DNA from: Curvularia clavata
Taxonomy: Eukaryota
DNA length: 64,000 nt
Assembly: GCA_023920165.1 (NCBI GenBank)
Contig: CP089276.1
Location: 1,674,001 to 1,738,000 of the forward strand
Direction: 5' to 3'
Under the pieces are notes generated by a model, which worked only from the letters and a program-made list of their open reading frames with translations, was not told the DNA's origin and did not search any database. The translations under genes and the position numbers were made by a program. Positions 37,239 through 50,625 of the stretch are shown piece by piece (the stretch's first letter is position 1; each line of letters opens with the position of its first letter).

Positions 37239-38711
37239 ATGTCCAGGTCTTCTTCACCTCAGCCTGGAGGGTGGTCGAGTCCAGGGCTGAGCACACCCTA
37301 CGACAACAGCGGGGGCAACAGTCCATACGCCCCCAATGGCTCGTCATCACACAATGTCACTTGGGCATCGGCCCAGGCCCGCAGTGCAGAGGTCAAGGGC
37401 TATCCTGCATTCACCCCCAGAAGCCAAGGTTTCTTCGGCAAACACTTCCGCCGGATATCTACAAGTTTGCCTTTCAATCATGGCGATAAGGAGAAGCTAG
37501 GCCGAGGGCGGTCGGGCAACAAGTTTACCCGAGCTCTCAATGGCATCGTTTGGAATCTGTGGCGCCTGCGGAAACGAGTTGCGGTCGTGTTTTTGATTAC
37601 GTTTCTGCTGTTCTTTTGGAATTTCAACACCCGTAAGTTGAAAAACTCGATCCCTATTCCCAAGCGATTGGTATTGACATCTACAGCCATACGTCGAGCC
37701 TACAGACGGTCTGCGTGGTTTGGAGGCGGCAGTAAATACGTCGTCATCCTTGCTGCGAACCAAGGTGGAGGTGTTATGGAATGGAAGGGTCCCCGTGAAT
37801 GGGCTATTGAGCGCGACAGCGTCAAGAACAAGAAGAAGTACACCAAGAACTGGGGCTATGAATTGGAGATTGTCGATATGAGCACGAAGAAGCGCTATGC
37901 GCACGAGTGGAGGGAAAGCTGGGAGAAGGTTGACACGATCCGCAACGCCATGCGCAAGTACCCGCACGCTGAATGGTAAGTTTGTGTGCCTACAATCGCA
38001 CGACGAGCGCTCACATGGCATAGGTTCTGGTGGCTGGACACGAACACGTTCATCATGGAGCCAACCTACTCCCTGCAGAAGCACGTTTTCAACCAACTGC
38101 GAGAGGTGACATACCGCGATATCAACGTATACAACCCCCTCAACATTACCCATCCTCTGACCGACGAATACCTCGACCCTGAGACACGCTCCCCAGTAGG
38201 AGATGGCAAGATTGAGTCTGTGAACATGCTGGTACCCCAAGATTGCGGTGGATTCAATCTAGGCTCATTCATGGTACGAAGAAGCGTTTGGACCGACAGG
38301 TTGCTCGATATCTGGTGGGACCCCGTAGGCTATGAACAAAAGCACATGCAGTGGGAGCACAAAGAGCAGGACGCATTCGAGTACATGTACCAAAACCAGC
38401 CTTGGATCCGCCCCCACGTCGCCTTCATTCAGCAACGGCAAATTATGAGCTTCCCGCCCGGCGCCTGCGGTGACCAGGGCGACAACCCCGACATCCACTA
38501 CCAAGAAAAGGACCGCGACTTTCTGGTCAACATGGCCGGCTGCGAGTGGGGTCGTGACTGCTGGGCCGAGATGTACAAATACCGCGAGCTCAGCAATCAC
38601 CTCAACAGGACACCATGGGAGAAGTTCAAGGATGGCATCTCAGGCTTCTTCAAGAGCAAGTCGAAGAAGGGCGACAAGAAGAACGACAAAAAGGAAGAGA
38701 AGAAGAACTAG
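37239..38711 (+). CDS. MNN10: GT34-family Golgi glycosyltransferase (MNN10-like alpha-1,6-mannosyltransferase subunit)
   Basis: Type II TM; WRESWEKVD, EWFWWLD, QDCGGFNLGSF, WEHKEQD, DFLVNMAGC. Introns 37633-37686 and 37976-38023. Confidence 0.85.
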
Positions 38712-40049
38712 ATGATGGCCAAAGGCACGACTGGGGCATGATCTGGGCAGGTATTGGATGTTTCTGCATTTCTAGGATCTTATAGAAGCCATGGATTCGG
38801 CTTGGGGGTTTACAATAATCACTCGTTTACGTTGACGAGAGTACGCAACCCTAGGAGCTGCGTACTCAGCATAATGTTGGAGTTGGCGTCAAGCACCTAT
38901 ACCCTACAAGGTTGACTTTCCAGGAGGTAGGTGGGCAATGCCAGGGCATGTGGCGTTGTCATTTGTACAGATTTTCTTTTTTAGATTCAAACACGCTTTG
39001 AGGTCAAGCCATTACCTGTTTCTTCGTCAGCCTGTCGTTATCTCCACGGCCACGGATTGTTGGAGAGTTTGTGTTGGTGCTGTGAATACCAGGGCACCCT
39101 AGTCCTCTAAAGGATATTTCCTTGTTTGGAAACCTGGCGGCATGGGAGCGAGTTGTTAACGTCTGGTCCACGTTGCATAACTCGTGACCTGCGCAAGCAT
39201 GATGACGTGATGGATGGCGTCTCATCAGCAACTCTGAAGAGAACATCGCATTGTGGTGTATGGGAGGCTACAGAATCGCCAGAAGACCAAGGACCGTAGG
39301 CTTACACAGGTGTCTCAACACGACGCGGCCTGATAGCAAACAACCTCAGGATGTACATGCACATGTCTCGTATGCAGGCATGTGAGCATGCCTAGATCCC
39401 CACGACACTGAAGGTGAGCGGTGTCTGATTCGTCCACCCCCCACACGCACCGCCAATGGTCATACGCCAACACACGGACACGGGGCCAGGGAGTCGCAGC
39501 CGACTTCTTTCTCCAACTTCTTCTTGTCTTCTCATGTTGAGATCCTCTTGAACCCGCTCTCAGTCCTCGTTCTGGGTGTGTTCCTTTAGGCCCCGCCCAA
39601 CGCAACAGCCCGAACCCACGTTCCCCGTTCCCCCGGCCGTGCGCAAGCTGGGGAAGCAGCCCAGGTAGCGCGCTCCCAACCAAGGCTTATCTTGTGCTGC
39701 CATCGTCCACGCTGCAGCATAGTCCTCGGAGGCCTCCAAAGTCTCAGCCCATATTCCTGCGCACCGTGGTATGCTGTTCCGCAGTCGCCCTTATCTGCCG
39801 CCGCCCTACTGCACCTCGATACCGCAAGTCGAAACAAAGAACCGGACTCGGCAAGACCCTTGGGGTCCACTTGAGCGCATATATCCCCACTACCTACAGG
39901 CGTAGGATCCAAGCTTATAAGGACGTATCTGGGACGTCTGTCACTGCTCGAGTTCCTGTAGCCCAAAAGGTGCGATGCACGACCACCGCCCACTGCGACC
40001 AGGCCGCCAGTTTGCAAGTGTGGAAGAGACACATCGTCAAGACCAGACC

Positions 40050-41307
40050 ATGGCATCTTCACGACCCGTTGCATCGCCATCCAGGCGCTCAGATGGTACG
40101 TCCTCATGCTTCATTTCCCCCGCCCTTTCAAGTCGTATATCTAAGCATGAGCTTACCATCACGGTCAGAGTCGTGGATCGATATCGCATCAGGCCCCTCC
40201 TCGACCTCCCTGTCTTCGGTGAACGACGAGATCATCACGACCGGCCTTACGGTACAGCACGACTCGACGCTGCACAGGCGACAGAGCAGGCGCTCACGAG
40301 GTGGCGGTCAGTTCTCCATAGGAACAGGACACAGGATCTCAGCGGCGGGGGGAAACAGCAGCCAGGAGGAGTATGAGGAGAGCGAGAGCGAGTCAGACCG
40401 TGTCATGACGTCCTCAAACGAGGCTATCGGCCTTTCTCCGCTGAGACAAGAGCTCCCATCTCGAAGTCCCCAGTCAGTGGCATCTTCAGAAACCCTGTCA
40501 GAAAGGGAAGACGACGACGATGACGAGAATGCCACTGCCGTCAACTACCCACGTTCTACACGGCGTGAGTTTCAGCCGCGGCCGAATGCCTTCTCACGTC
40601 CAAACGCTCAGCAAGCCATCCGATCGAATTCCGGCACATTGTACACGCCCCGTAGAGCCATCAGACCAACTGGGCAGCGGCAGCAGTCTTATCCCCAACA
40701 TGGCCCTTTCAACGCCGTAGCCCCCAACTATCAGCCCGACCACGATGCAGCCCTGCGTGCCAGCCTGTCGACCCTGTTGTCTGCTGCCGCAGCCGTGCGA
40801 GGGCTGCCCAAACCAGGCCAACCACGTACAGCCCCTCCCTCATCCAGCCGGGTTGATCCAAGTTCGCTTCGCATGGTCCCTGAGTCTGTAGCGCTGGGCA
40901 ACATATCTGAGGAAACCACCTCGTCCCCACGCAGCGCCAGCAGCAGTCCGTCCGAGAAGCCCAAGCGCAAAGCCAGCCTGCCCACGGCCGCCACACAAAG
41001 CAGCAGCAGCAAAGACCGCCGCGCCGTCAAAAAAGTCCGGAAGGCAGGCCCGCTGATCGAAGACATTAGCCCTACACTGCTCACTTGGGTCGTCAGCGCC
41101 GGTGTTGTCGTTCTCGTGAGCGCCATCGGTTTCTCGGCCGGCTACGTCGCGGGCAAGGAGGCGGGCCACGCAGAAGCTATCGGTCAGTTTGGTGCTGCTG
41201 GTGCTGACGCTGGGCGCTGTGGCAAGGAGGCCGCATCTGGCTTACGAAGTACGGGTCTGGGCTTGAGGAAGCTGAGATGGGGATCTGGTGCTGGCATCCG
41301 TGTCTGA
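40050..41307 (+). CDS. Uncharacterised disordered protein with N-terminal W-x-x-I motif and C-proximal TM (394 aa)
   Basis: Exon 1 MASSRPVASPSRRSD, intron 40096-40168 (GTACGT..CAG), then ESWIDIASGPSSTSLSS... TM LLTWVVSAGVVVLVSAIGFSAGYVAG. Confidence 0.75.
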
Positions 41308-42111
41308 GAGGGCGTAACTGTTTACGAAAACGATTTATATGGCATTTCTAGCAAGGAACGAATCTGGTGGGTTCAGGGGCATGGCGTTATATTTTATCCT
41401 CTATTCTTTCTTTTTTTCCCCACACCAACATACTTTGTAATGCTGATATCACTCGGGCATGGCGCTAGATGTGGGCGTTTTGGGAGGCCTTTGCGCCGTG
41501 ACTGGGATCATATATATGTTTTTGCGGCTCTCTATGGACCGAGAGCTGCGTTGTAGTTCTCAATGCCATTGATTTGCTCTACGTATGGCTCAAATGCCGT
41601 TGCTTTTGGTGGTTTCATGGACTGCTTTGCCGTCACAAAACGATACTCTCACCTCATTCAAAATTTTGTTTGTTACGCTAGACGAGTAGCCGACCACCTC
41701 TCGATGACCAGAGCACATGGCAAAGATGCGAGGGAGTGATTAGGCTTTACAGTAGAGAACCCAAGCTGGAAGCCCAGCTAATGCCAGAAGTAAGAAAGAA
41801 GGAAAAGTAAAGCGAACAAGTTAGATGGCATATCCATAGTGAGAAGAAAAAAAACGCCGCCCTATGAAAGGCACAAGAGATAAATTACAACGCTTTATGT
41901 CCCGTCAGGCAAATACATGCCGTAGCCCTCTCCGCAAATGCACAAGGGCAGGGCAATGCTCGAAACCTGCCCGTGACTTCTCAAGTCGAGAACCAGGCAT
42001 AAACCGAATTTTGCCGCTGCAACCGTCTTTGCCCATGATTTTCCTCAATCATACAATGAAGACGAGCGTGCGCGGTCGTAAAAGAGGATTCTGAACATTT
42101 CCTATCCCCTT

Positions 42112-44553
42112 CTAAAACTTGAAAGTACTCTTTTTCCGTCCCAGGCTGAACCTGTTTTTGCCAGCCGTGTCGGTATCTGTCGTGGGCGTGTCTGGTGGAA
42201 CAAGCTCGTCGGGAGTGCCGTCCTTGTCCTTGGCTCCAGCCCAGAATTTCGGCTTTGATTTGAGACTTATCGACGTGTGTCTGAATCGGCTCAGTCCGCT
42301 CATGCCTTTTACGCTGCCAAAGCCGTTTGTGTGTTTGCTGTCTTTGCTGTCCTTTTCTCCACTTGGGGGTGATGCTGGCGGTGCTGGCGCCTCGCCGTTC
42401 GCCACGCGCTTCTTCTCCTCTTCAGCAGCCGAGGCTTTGCTGGCCTCCAGTACCGCCTTGAGCTCTTCTTCCTGCTTGCGATAGTTTTCTCGCCTTTGGA
42501 TTTCCATCTCCTTGCGCTTCTGCCTTGCTTGTTTCTCCAGCTCCTTCTCCTGTGCCTTGCGCTCCTTCTCTTCCTTTCCTTTTCCAAAAAGCCCAAGACT
42601 GCTCTTGCGCGGAGCTAGTGCAGGGGTGTGAGATGTGCTGTGCTCGACGGGGTGGTGTTCGGTGTTGGTTTCGACATGAGCGAGGGGTGGTGCGGTAGCA
42701 GCATGTGCGAGACTAGCGAACTTGTCTGCTTCCTCAAATGAAGGTGTTGTCGCATTGTGAGAGGCGTGGAGCGAGATGCCGTTTGTGCCATTTTGCTTTG
42801 GCGAAGTGGCTTCTTCCTGTGTCATTTTGGCCGCTTGCTCGGCTTCGGCCAGGGCGTCGGCTTCCTGCTCTTTCATCATGGCCTCTTCTGTTGTTTCCTG
42901 GTAAAACAAAACATAGGCGCACGCTAAAACGTTCTCGCCACCAAAAAAGTTCCGGACGTAGGCCTTGTCTACCGGCTCTACCAACTCATCGTCGAACAGG
43001 AGCCAGCCTCTGTCTTGTGTTTTGATAATGGACACATAGTGGCCATGATAGGGGCCACCTCCAATGTGAACGACCACGGCATACAGTTCATATAGTCTGT
43101 CTGGGTCTTCGGCGTCATCTGTGGTGTTGAATAAGCGAAGATAGAAGGGGTAGACGACGCGGTGGAACAGCTTCTGCAGTCGCTGCAGATCCTCGGTGTA
43201 CTTGAAGCGCTTCAGATGCAGAGCGAGAATCTTGGGTAATCGCTTGATCTTCATCCTCTTCTCCGCCTCTTGTAGGCCTCCGCAGTTGTCACAGTGGAAC
43301 TTGTTGCGCTCACACAGCATCTCTTCTTCGGAAAACTTTCGCAGACAGCTCGTTACTGAAGAATGTTGCTCGAGATCGACCGAGAGATCCAGAAACGCCT
43401 CGTCCCGTTGTGATGTGTTTTCGCATGTGAGACAGCGGGTCTCGGATGTCAAGGTGCCCTCGAATAGCTCATGGACCCATCCAGAGTTTGATTTTGACGA
43501 CGCGACGGAATTTCGAGCTGGCACCACCTCGCCGGATGTGGCTGTTGTTCCATTCTCTTCTATAGCATTGGCTTCGGCAGCGCGTGATTTTGAAAACTGT
43601 TCGACATTCTCCACCACCTCGTTGAGCAGCAAGTTCAGAAACTCGTGTGCGTCCTGGTGCATGGGTGTCCGGAACATTTCGTTGTCTCGCCGGAGGATCT
43701 CGAGGAGCTTGTGTGGGCTGACTACGCCTATACGTGACCTATGTGCGATGACGGCCTCGAATATGTCTTTTAGTGATGAAAACAACGACTCGTTCATGCC
43801 GTATGCGTTTGCATTCTCGTAGTCCATCTGCAGTACGGGGCCGGCGGCCAAAGCCAACTTCTTCTTGTACTCGGGCGAGTCTTTGTTATCCTCGGGCTTG
43901 GTGCCTGGAGGCTGGTTTGGCGCTCCTGGAGTTGTGGCTGGTTTTGCGGGTGCTCTTGAATTGGGGCTCGAGACTGAATTGCGCCCGGCGGGTGAGAGGG
44001 CTGTGCTGTTGCCATTGGGCAGATTGGTGTTGAGTCTGGGTAAAGCGGACGAGGATCTCTCGAGAGCTTCTGGGGGAGAGCGGGCAGGGAAGTTGATGAC
44101 CTGTTCCCGGAAGGGGACTGAGTAGTAGAGGCATTGTACGATCGAGTTGCAGTAGCTGGCGGGTCAGCATTGGTTGGGGTGGGGGGAAGAAGCGAGTGCA
44201 TACCATGTGCTTCCAAACTAGAACCAGGTCAGCATGCGGACTTGGGAAGCGCATTCAGTGGCACAGCAGGAGCACTCACATTCTCAAAGCCGAAGAACTT
44301 GTCGCTGCCATCGGCACGCACCGGGCCAGCGTTTGCGAGGAGCTTCTCGAGCGGCGTGGGTTCAGGCGTGTTGGCATCCTTCTTGACGGGTATGTTGCCG
44401 GTCGCTGGACTCAAGGGAGGCTGGCAGCGCCATCAGTACGAGGCATTGGGTGGAGGGCATGACGGTAGGCGCAGGCGCAGGCGCAGGCGAGGGCGAGATG
44501 AAGGTGGGAGGACTTACAGCGCCGGACTTGATGCGACTGAAAAAGGAAGTCAT
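42112..44553 (-). CDS. creB: Ubiquitin-specific protease, CreB/Ubp9-13/USP12-46 family
   Basis: Spliced Cys box [20 protein letters not shown]; His box [22 protein letters not shown]. Introns 44421-44517, 44218-44279, 44156-44203. Confidence 0.9.
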
Positions 44554-45020
44554 GGCTGACGTGCTTGGTGGACCGGCGCAGGGCTGCAGTGGGTGGGGAG
44601 GTGCAGGAGGGCTCTCTACCGGGCGTGGGAGACGGGCTGGAGCAGCAGGTGTGAGAGGGGTGGAGAGGGAGCGGAGAGCGGCAGAGGATGGGAGAGGACG
44701 TCAGGCAACATGGAGGAGGAGGAGGAGGAGGGGAACGGGCGCAGTGTAGGATGCAATTCACGGCGCGCGGGCTGGAAGGCTGGCAGGCAGGCAGGCAGGC
44801 AGGTCGGGGCAGGCAGGGCAGGGCAGAGCCGGAGCCGAGGGCGAGGGCGAGGCTAGAGGCGCGCCGTGCAGGAGGCCGTTCCCCAGGACCCGGCACCTCA
44901 CCCCGCCACGAGGAAACGGAACGGCTAACGCTGCTGCCAGCGGTTCTCACCAACGTCGTCTCAGCCTGCCTGCAACTGCGCCCTTTGCCCGCCGCCCATG
45001 GGGACAAGGGGCCGCCGGGC

Positions 45021-45060
45021 CTGCTGGGGCCACAGCTGCTGGGGCCAAAGCTGCTGGGGG
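45021..45060. promoter_or_regulatory. 3 x 15-bp tandem repeat, each unit holding CTGGGG (CreA/Cre1 SYGGRG consensus)
   Basis: ctgctggggccacagctgctggggccaaagctgctggggg, upstream of creB. Confidence 0.5.
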
Positions 45061-45876
45061 AGCCCACACGCTGCCACGGCCTGGCCGCCCTGCTTGTACG
45101 CCTCGCACCCGCACCCCGACGCGTGCCTGGGGGGGACACGACGCCCAGCCGTGCGCGCAGGCTAAACTCGCACCAGTCAGGTGTCGCGGCAGCCGTGGCG
45201 CTTGTTGGCGGCTGTCGCAAGATCGCCATTGGAGATGACGGCTGCATTCTAGCGTCCTTGTTGGATCCCGCCCGCTGGGTTCCAGCCAAGGGCTCCCAAT
45301 GTGATTGCACCCTCAGCACGGCAGTTGACGTCAGAAAGGAAGCATCCAACGCAGCTGCAGCGTTCCACTGCATGCGCCGTCACGTGCTGTGGCTCGTGGT
45401 TGCTTGCCTAACCACCACCACCACCACCGTCCATGTACAATACAGCACACAACACCCCTCTTCCCGACTCACCCCTCACGACGGATTATTTGCCGGCGAC
45501 CAAGACACGGCCAAAACAAAACACATGGCACTACGGGAACGCCGACAAGGTGCACATGGCAGGTGCTGAGCGATACACTATGACCAATAGCTCGCTTGCT
45601 CTTCCCCGTGCTCACGCTACCTACCTACGCATACTCAGCCGCTACCTAAAATAAATCTCCTCACGAGGCCGACTATCAATTACTGTGCCGCCTGTGGCTG
45701 CCAACAACCACGCCACGCCACATGGCCCTCACCCAACCAGTTTACCTACCCAACCCCCAAAAAGGATAATGACACTGTAGACCAACACCCGCAAATGCTA
45801 ACCACCCGCCCATGCACTGAAGAAAAAAAAATAGACTAAATCTTACAACAGCTACCAAGTATCCTCGTCTCCAGCA

Positions 45877-48800
45877 TCACAGCCTTCGCAGCCGCTTCCC
45901 CGCCCCAAGCTCAATCGCCGTCCGACTGTTGAGCAGCACCTCTTCACTGACCCCTTCTGGCGGGTGCGCCTGGATATACTCGCGCCGTATCCGCGCAGCC
46001 TCCCGGTCCCAAGTAGCAACCCGTTCCTTGAACTCAGCTGCGCTGGCCGTCGCATCGTCTCGTGCGTTGCTGGCCTGGTCCAGGTACGGCTGCTTGACCT
46101 CTGCCTCGGCGGTGCGCCATTTCAGCCCTACCGCATTGCGAATCTCCTGCTTGGGTGCCTTGGCTTCAGGGTTGCCGCTCTTGGCCCGATATGCTTCGTC
46201 ACACTCTTGCTTACACACGTACCAGAAGTCTTTTGTGAACAGCAGGAATGGATTGACCCCTGCACGTCCAGGCTTGATGGGACGCTCCCCAATCTGCTCT
46301 AGGATGGCCCCGATGATGGCCGCTTCATAGTCTTCGTCGCGCTGCACTCGCCCAGACTTGCTCTCTCTCACTGCTGGAACGGCGGGCTCAAACCGCCGTT
46401 TCGATTCCGAAGTCGGCGTCATTGACACCTCAGTCTTCACCACCTTCTTATCCACAAGCGGTCTAGGTATCTCGATAGGCCCAAGTACCCTCTCGGCCAC
46501 CTCCGCTGCCGCTCGGAGACCTGATAGGTATGCCCCGTGCACAGTCGCTGGATGCGTACCACACGTTGCCTCTCCAGCAAAATGCAGTGGGCCGTGTGGG
46601 CGTGCCATGATATCGTAATCGCCAGTCTGTGTCTTTGGTCCAACATACGAGTAGCTGCCCCGAGCAAACGGGTCCTTCTTCCACCTCGTTACAATCGCTT
46701 CGGACGGGAGCGGGACCGTGTTTGGTGCGAACATCGCATCGAGCCGGTCGGTGACCTCCTTGACGAGCTGATCGTTTGATGTCGCTTCGGCGTAGTGAGC
46801 AGCCTCGCCTGCCATGAGCGCGACCAACACTGGCTTCCCACTTGTCTTGATGCAGTTCCAGAACAGATAGAACCGTCCTCGTCTCGAGCAATAGTCCTCT
46901 GGCTGCATGCTTGCTTCACGCTCTGCTTCGTTGAGCAGTCCAAACATGTCTCGATCAGGCTCCCAAAAGGCTTTCTCGTACACAAGGACAACCTGGCAAT
47001 GTCGTCAGAAAGCGCACTGTTGACCGAGAGAATACACTGACCTTGTTCAAAAGTCCGAACCCCATGCGCTCAATCACATCCTGCTTCCAGCTAGGAAGTG
47101 GAGGCTCGAACTTGATAGATCCCGACTTCAGTACCCCCAGAGGCGTAGTGAGGACAACATGGTTAGCTTCGAATGTCTCGCCATTGGCGCACTCAATCCT
47201 GACAGCTTTGCTTGCTCGGTCCTCTTCCGTGTTGTAGTGGACGGCCTTGATGGGCATGTTGAACCGTATGTCTAGTTTGCTAGGACATTGCCACAGCCCA
47301 CGCGGAACCTGCTGGTAGCCCCCAATTACCTGACTATGCTCGCCCTCAAATTCGTTACCAATGTCCTGATCCCACCCGCTCAAACTGAGCTGGTTCACAC
47401 TCACAGCATTCGCATATTCCAGGTTGGCATGATGCCAGCTGAGTAGCCGCATGTCCCTAGGTTTGAGGTCCACCAGCGACTGATACTGTCGGAGCCCCTC
47501 ATCCATGGTCTGCCCCAACGTCGGATATTCTGACGCTTTCGCAATCGTGTCGAGATCTAGTGTCTGGTCATCCCTCACACCGGACTTTAGCTTCCATCCC
47601 ATGTTCTGCACCGCTTTTGCCGCGGTGACATCTGGATCGAAGCCAGCGCTCAGCTGGTATGCTCTCCCTGCCAACTTTTCTATTCCAGTCGTTGGTTTCT
47701 CTTGTTTTGTTGACGCTGTGCTTATCGCGTCTGCCGGCAGGGGAGCCTCGGACTCTTCTAGCTCGGTAACGGTAGGCCCGCCCACATCAGCTGGCTCACG
47801 ACCAAAAGCCATCAAGTTCCGATCACCTTCTACCGTCCTGTGGGCGACAGGCTTATTTCTGAACGCGGCTGCTCGTTCTAGCACATCGTTGTACAGCTTC
47901 TCCACCAGCACGTCTTGGCTCCTCTCGACGACTGTACCGTCATAATCATAGAGTATAGTATTGTCTCGTAGACCATGGTAAGGTAGGCCCAGCTGGCCTC
48001 GTATTATCGCGTTCAACGGGTTGCCATGTTCGTAGCCTGTGACAATTTGGGCACCCATCTCTGCTGTGCAACGATGTCCAGGTGGAAGCGTAGAGCCGGA
48101 TTGATTCAGAAAAGGGTGTGAATACACTCGACCACCAACCCGTGGACGCGCCTCAAGAATAATAATCTTGGGTGGTCGCTCCCCCGCCTCTGCCAGTTGA
48201 TCTCCCAGCTGAGCAAAGACTCCTTCCAAATGTCGAGCGCAACCCAATCCTGACATGCCTGCACCGACCACAATGATTGTTCGTCTCGTTGCGTTCTTGG
48301 CCTTGGATTTCGACATCGTACCGACGTTGTTCGGTACTTCGACACAACCAAAATTGATGTATCCATGTCGCATAAGCCACATGTATGCCACCTTTGCCAG
48401 ACCAAAGTAACGTTTGTCACGAGCACAGCCTGCAGCTTCTTCAAGGGAGACATATACCAGAGGATTGCGATGCCACAGACGCAGTATCGCGTTCCGTATG
48501 TTCAGATAGATTGTGACCTGAGCAGGAGTGATATGCTCTCGCAGAAGCTTGTACTCGGCGGGATGGAGAGTAAATGGGTTCAGCCGGCTGTTTTCTGCTG
48601 CGAGAATGCATTGCCGGCCAAATTCGGGCCACGAAAGATCTGTAGGTATGCTCGAGCTCGCCTTCATCTCAGCAACCCTCCCTTTTACAGGGAGGGAATT
48701 TGTCCTGCGATGCTTCTTTGACACTTCGTTTGATTGCAGAAGCTCAGGCGTGGAAGATGCTTGTGATTCGCCATGAAGACTGTGTGGTGTTCCCGCCATG

Positions 48801-49261
48801 AAGACGCCATCTCCTTGATGAATTTTTAATGATGGACGAGCTTTCGTGTCGTTTTCGTTGACGAATGCATGTGAAATATCGTCGTTTTGATGAGAAGTCT
48901 GTTTTTGCTGAGTATTAGTCATGCCGTTGACGGCCGAGTTGGGGGTAAATGGATGTTGCAGTGGCGACGGTGTGTAGTTGGTCGCATATCCATTAGCCAA
49001 TGTACCTGGAGTTGATCCTTCTCCTTCATGACTTGTGCTGGGTTCTGATGTATCGAGGGAGTCGCCGTAGTGCACGGACGATGCACTCGATTCCCGGCCG
49101 TAGCTCAAGTTACCAAACCCAGATATCGGTGCGACACCGCCTTTCAGATGGATATTCTCATTGGACATTGGCAACGATAACAGATCATCTTGGTTCTGGT
49201 CGAAGAGGTACGAGCTGTCATGGAGCGCGGCAGGGTCGGCTGTGGATGCGACAGAGAACAT
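45877..49261 (-). CDS. LSD1: Lysine-specific histone demethylase LSD1/KDM1-like (SWIRM + FAD amine oxidase + C-terminal HMG-like box)
   Basis: SWIRM YLNIRNAILRLW...GYINFG; FAD motif VVGAGMSGL...LEARPRVGGR; GFGLLNK|VVL; FAGEAT...ATVHGAYLSGLRAA. Intron 46993-47041. Confidence 0.92.
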
Positions 49262-50625
49262 ATTGATAGGTGAAGACCCGAGGAGGAAAGACGGAGAGGC
49301 ACCTGACTGGGAAGAGCGGCCACGGAGCCGCGCTCAGCAGCTAGCCGCACAATCGCAGCGAGGATTTCGTAGCAGATGGTAGACGATGTGGTATCCTGCA
49401 AAGCATGAGGGATCTTGTTGAACTTGTAGTGATGGTGGAAGCGGGCAGGTAGGTGATGGGCCGATGCCCAGACTTGTGGAGGTCAAGGCACGAAAGAAGC
49501 GTACCATACCTACCTAGGCAAAATCTGTCAAGGCCAACCCAGTCGCCCTTGACTGCATCCCTCCCCAACCAGCCGAAGAATTCCTCCATACCCGGCGTCG
49601 CGACGATGAAACTGTGTAAAGATTCTGATGCTTAACGCGTAGCTTGGCATGGGCAAGGCACTGGTCACCATGGGCGACCCCGCGCTTACGGATGCGAGCC
49701 ACTACTCCGGCACGTCGCGATATCAACCTTCACACGAACCCATCTACTCTGCGTAGACTTTTATGCTGGGGTACATTAGGCGCGAATGGTGCTCGCTTGT
49801 CGGCCTCGATTGATCTGGTCATGAATTGCGACTGACTCAGGATGTGTAAGGGTGCAGCGAGTGATCTTTCGCATGTTGACGTTTACATTCATTTCTGATC
49901 AGACCAAAGCTGATAGAGATATGCAGAATCCATGCTTTCGCAGCTCTTTTTCACCATAAACGGCGCTGCGTCTTTGTCATTCTCACCAACCGAAACTTGC
50001 CATCTACTTCGTATATACGAACCGCTATCGTGCGCCTGTCCAACCGTACATCTTGATGCATATTCATCCCCAGCTGGGAACGAAGGCACAAATAGGATAT
50101 TTCTGGTACTTTATAAACCAGTTCATGTCACTCGTCTACTCTACACTTGTCGTGATTGCTTTTTGATGTGTCATAAACGTATATGGAGTTGTGGCACAAG
50201 GTCCTTGGTTGTTGAAGCTTGTCGGACAAGAAGACCAATCCTTCACAAAAATACCCTGCCCCACGTACAACATAGGTGCAGAAACATCCAAGAGGATTTT
50301 GACGCAAACATACATTCTTTGTTTGTGATGTTTCGCAGCTTTGCGTCTTGAAGCTGCAGCTCTTGTCTCATAGAAAGCTCCGACCTCATATAAAAATCAT
50401 CATTAATTTAGCTGCGAAACAATAGCCCAAATTCACACATACTTCTCCATTCAATCAAAGCCTGATTTATGTAGGTTCGTCTGATCTTTTAGTGACGAAC
50501 AATCACGTGCACACTCACGCTAGTTGGCCCCCGCAAGGATAACGCAGCATCGCTTCAGCCGACACTCTATCTTCCGCCGCCTTCCCAAATAATTCTCCCC
50601 CGCAACGTCGCATTCACGAAGAACA

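Noticed and set aside
39199..39237. C/D-box snoRNA (ATGATGA..CTGA)
   Set aside because: The boxes are under 40 nt apart, with no evident terminal stem or rRNA guide.
39694..40049. N-terminal extension of the 537-aa track ORF
   Set aside because: Non-ATG start; a clean ATG at 40050 plus intron gives a better gene model.
44411..45569. Long GC-rich ORFs upstream of creB
   Set aside because: Explained by high GC content and simple repeats ((GGCA)n, (GGA)n) in the promoter/leader.
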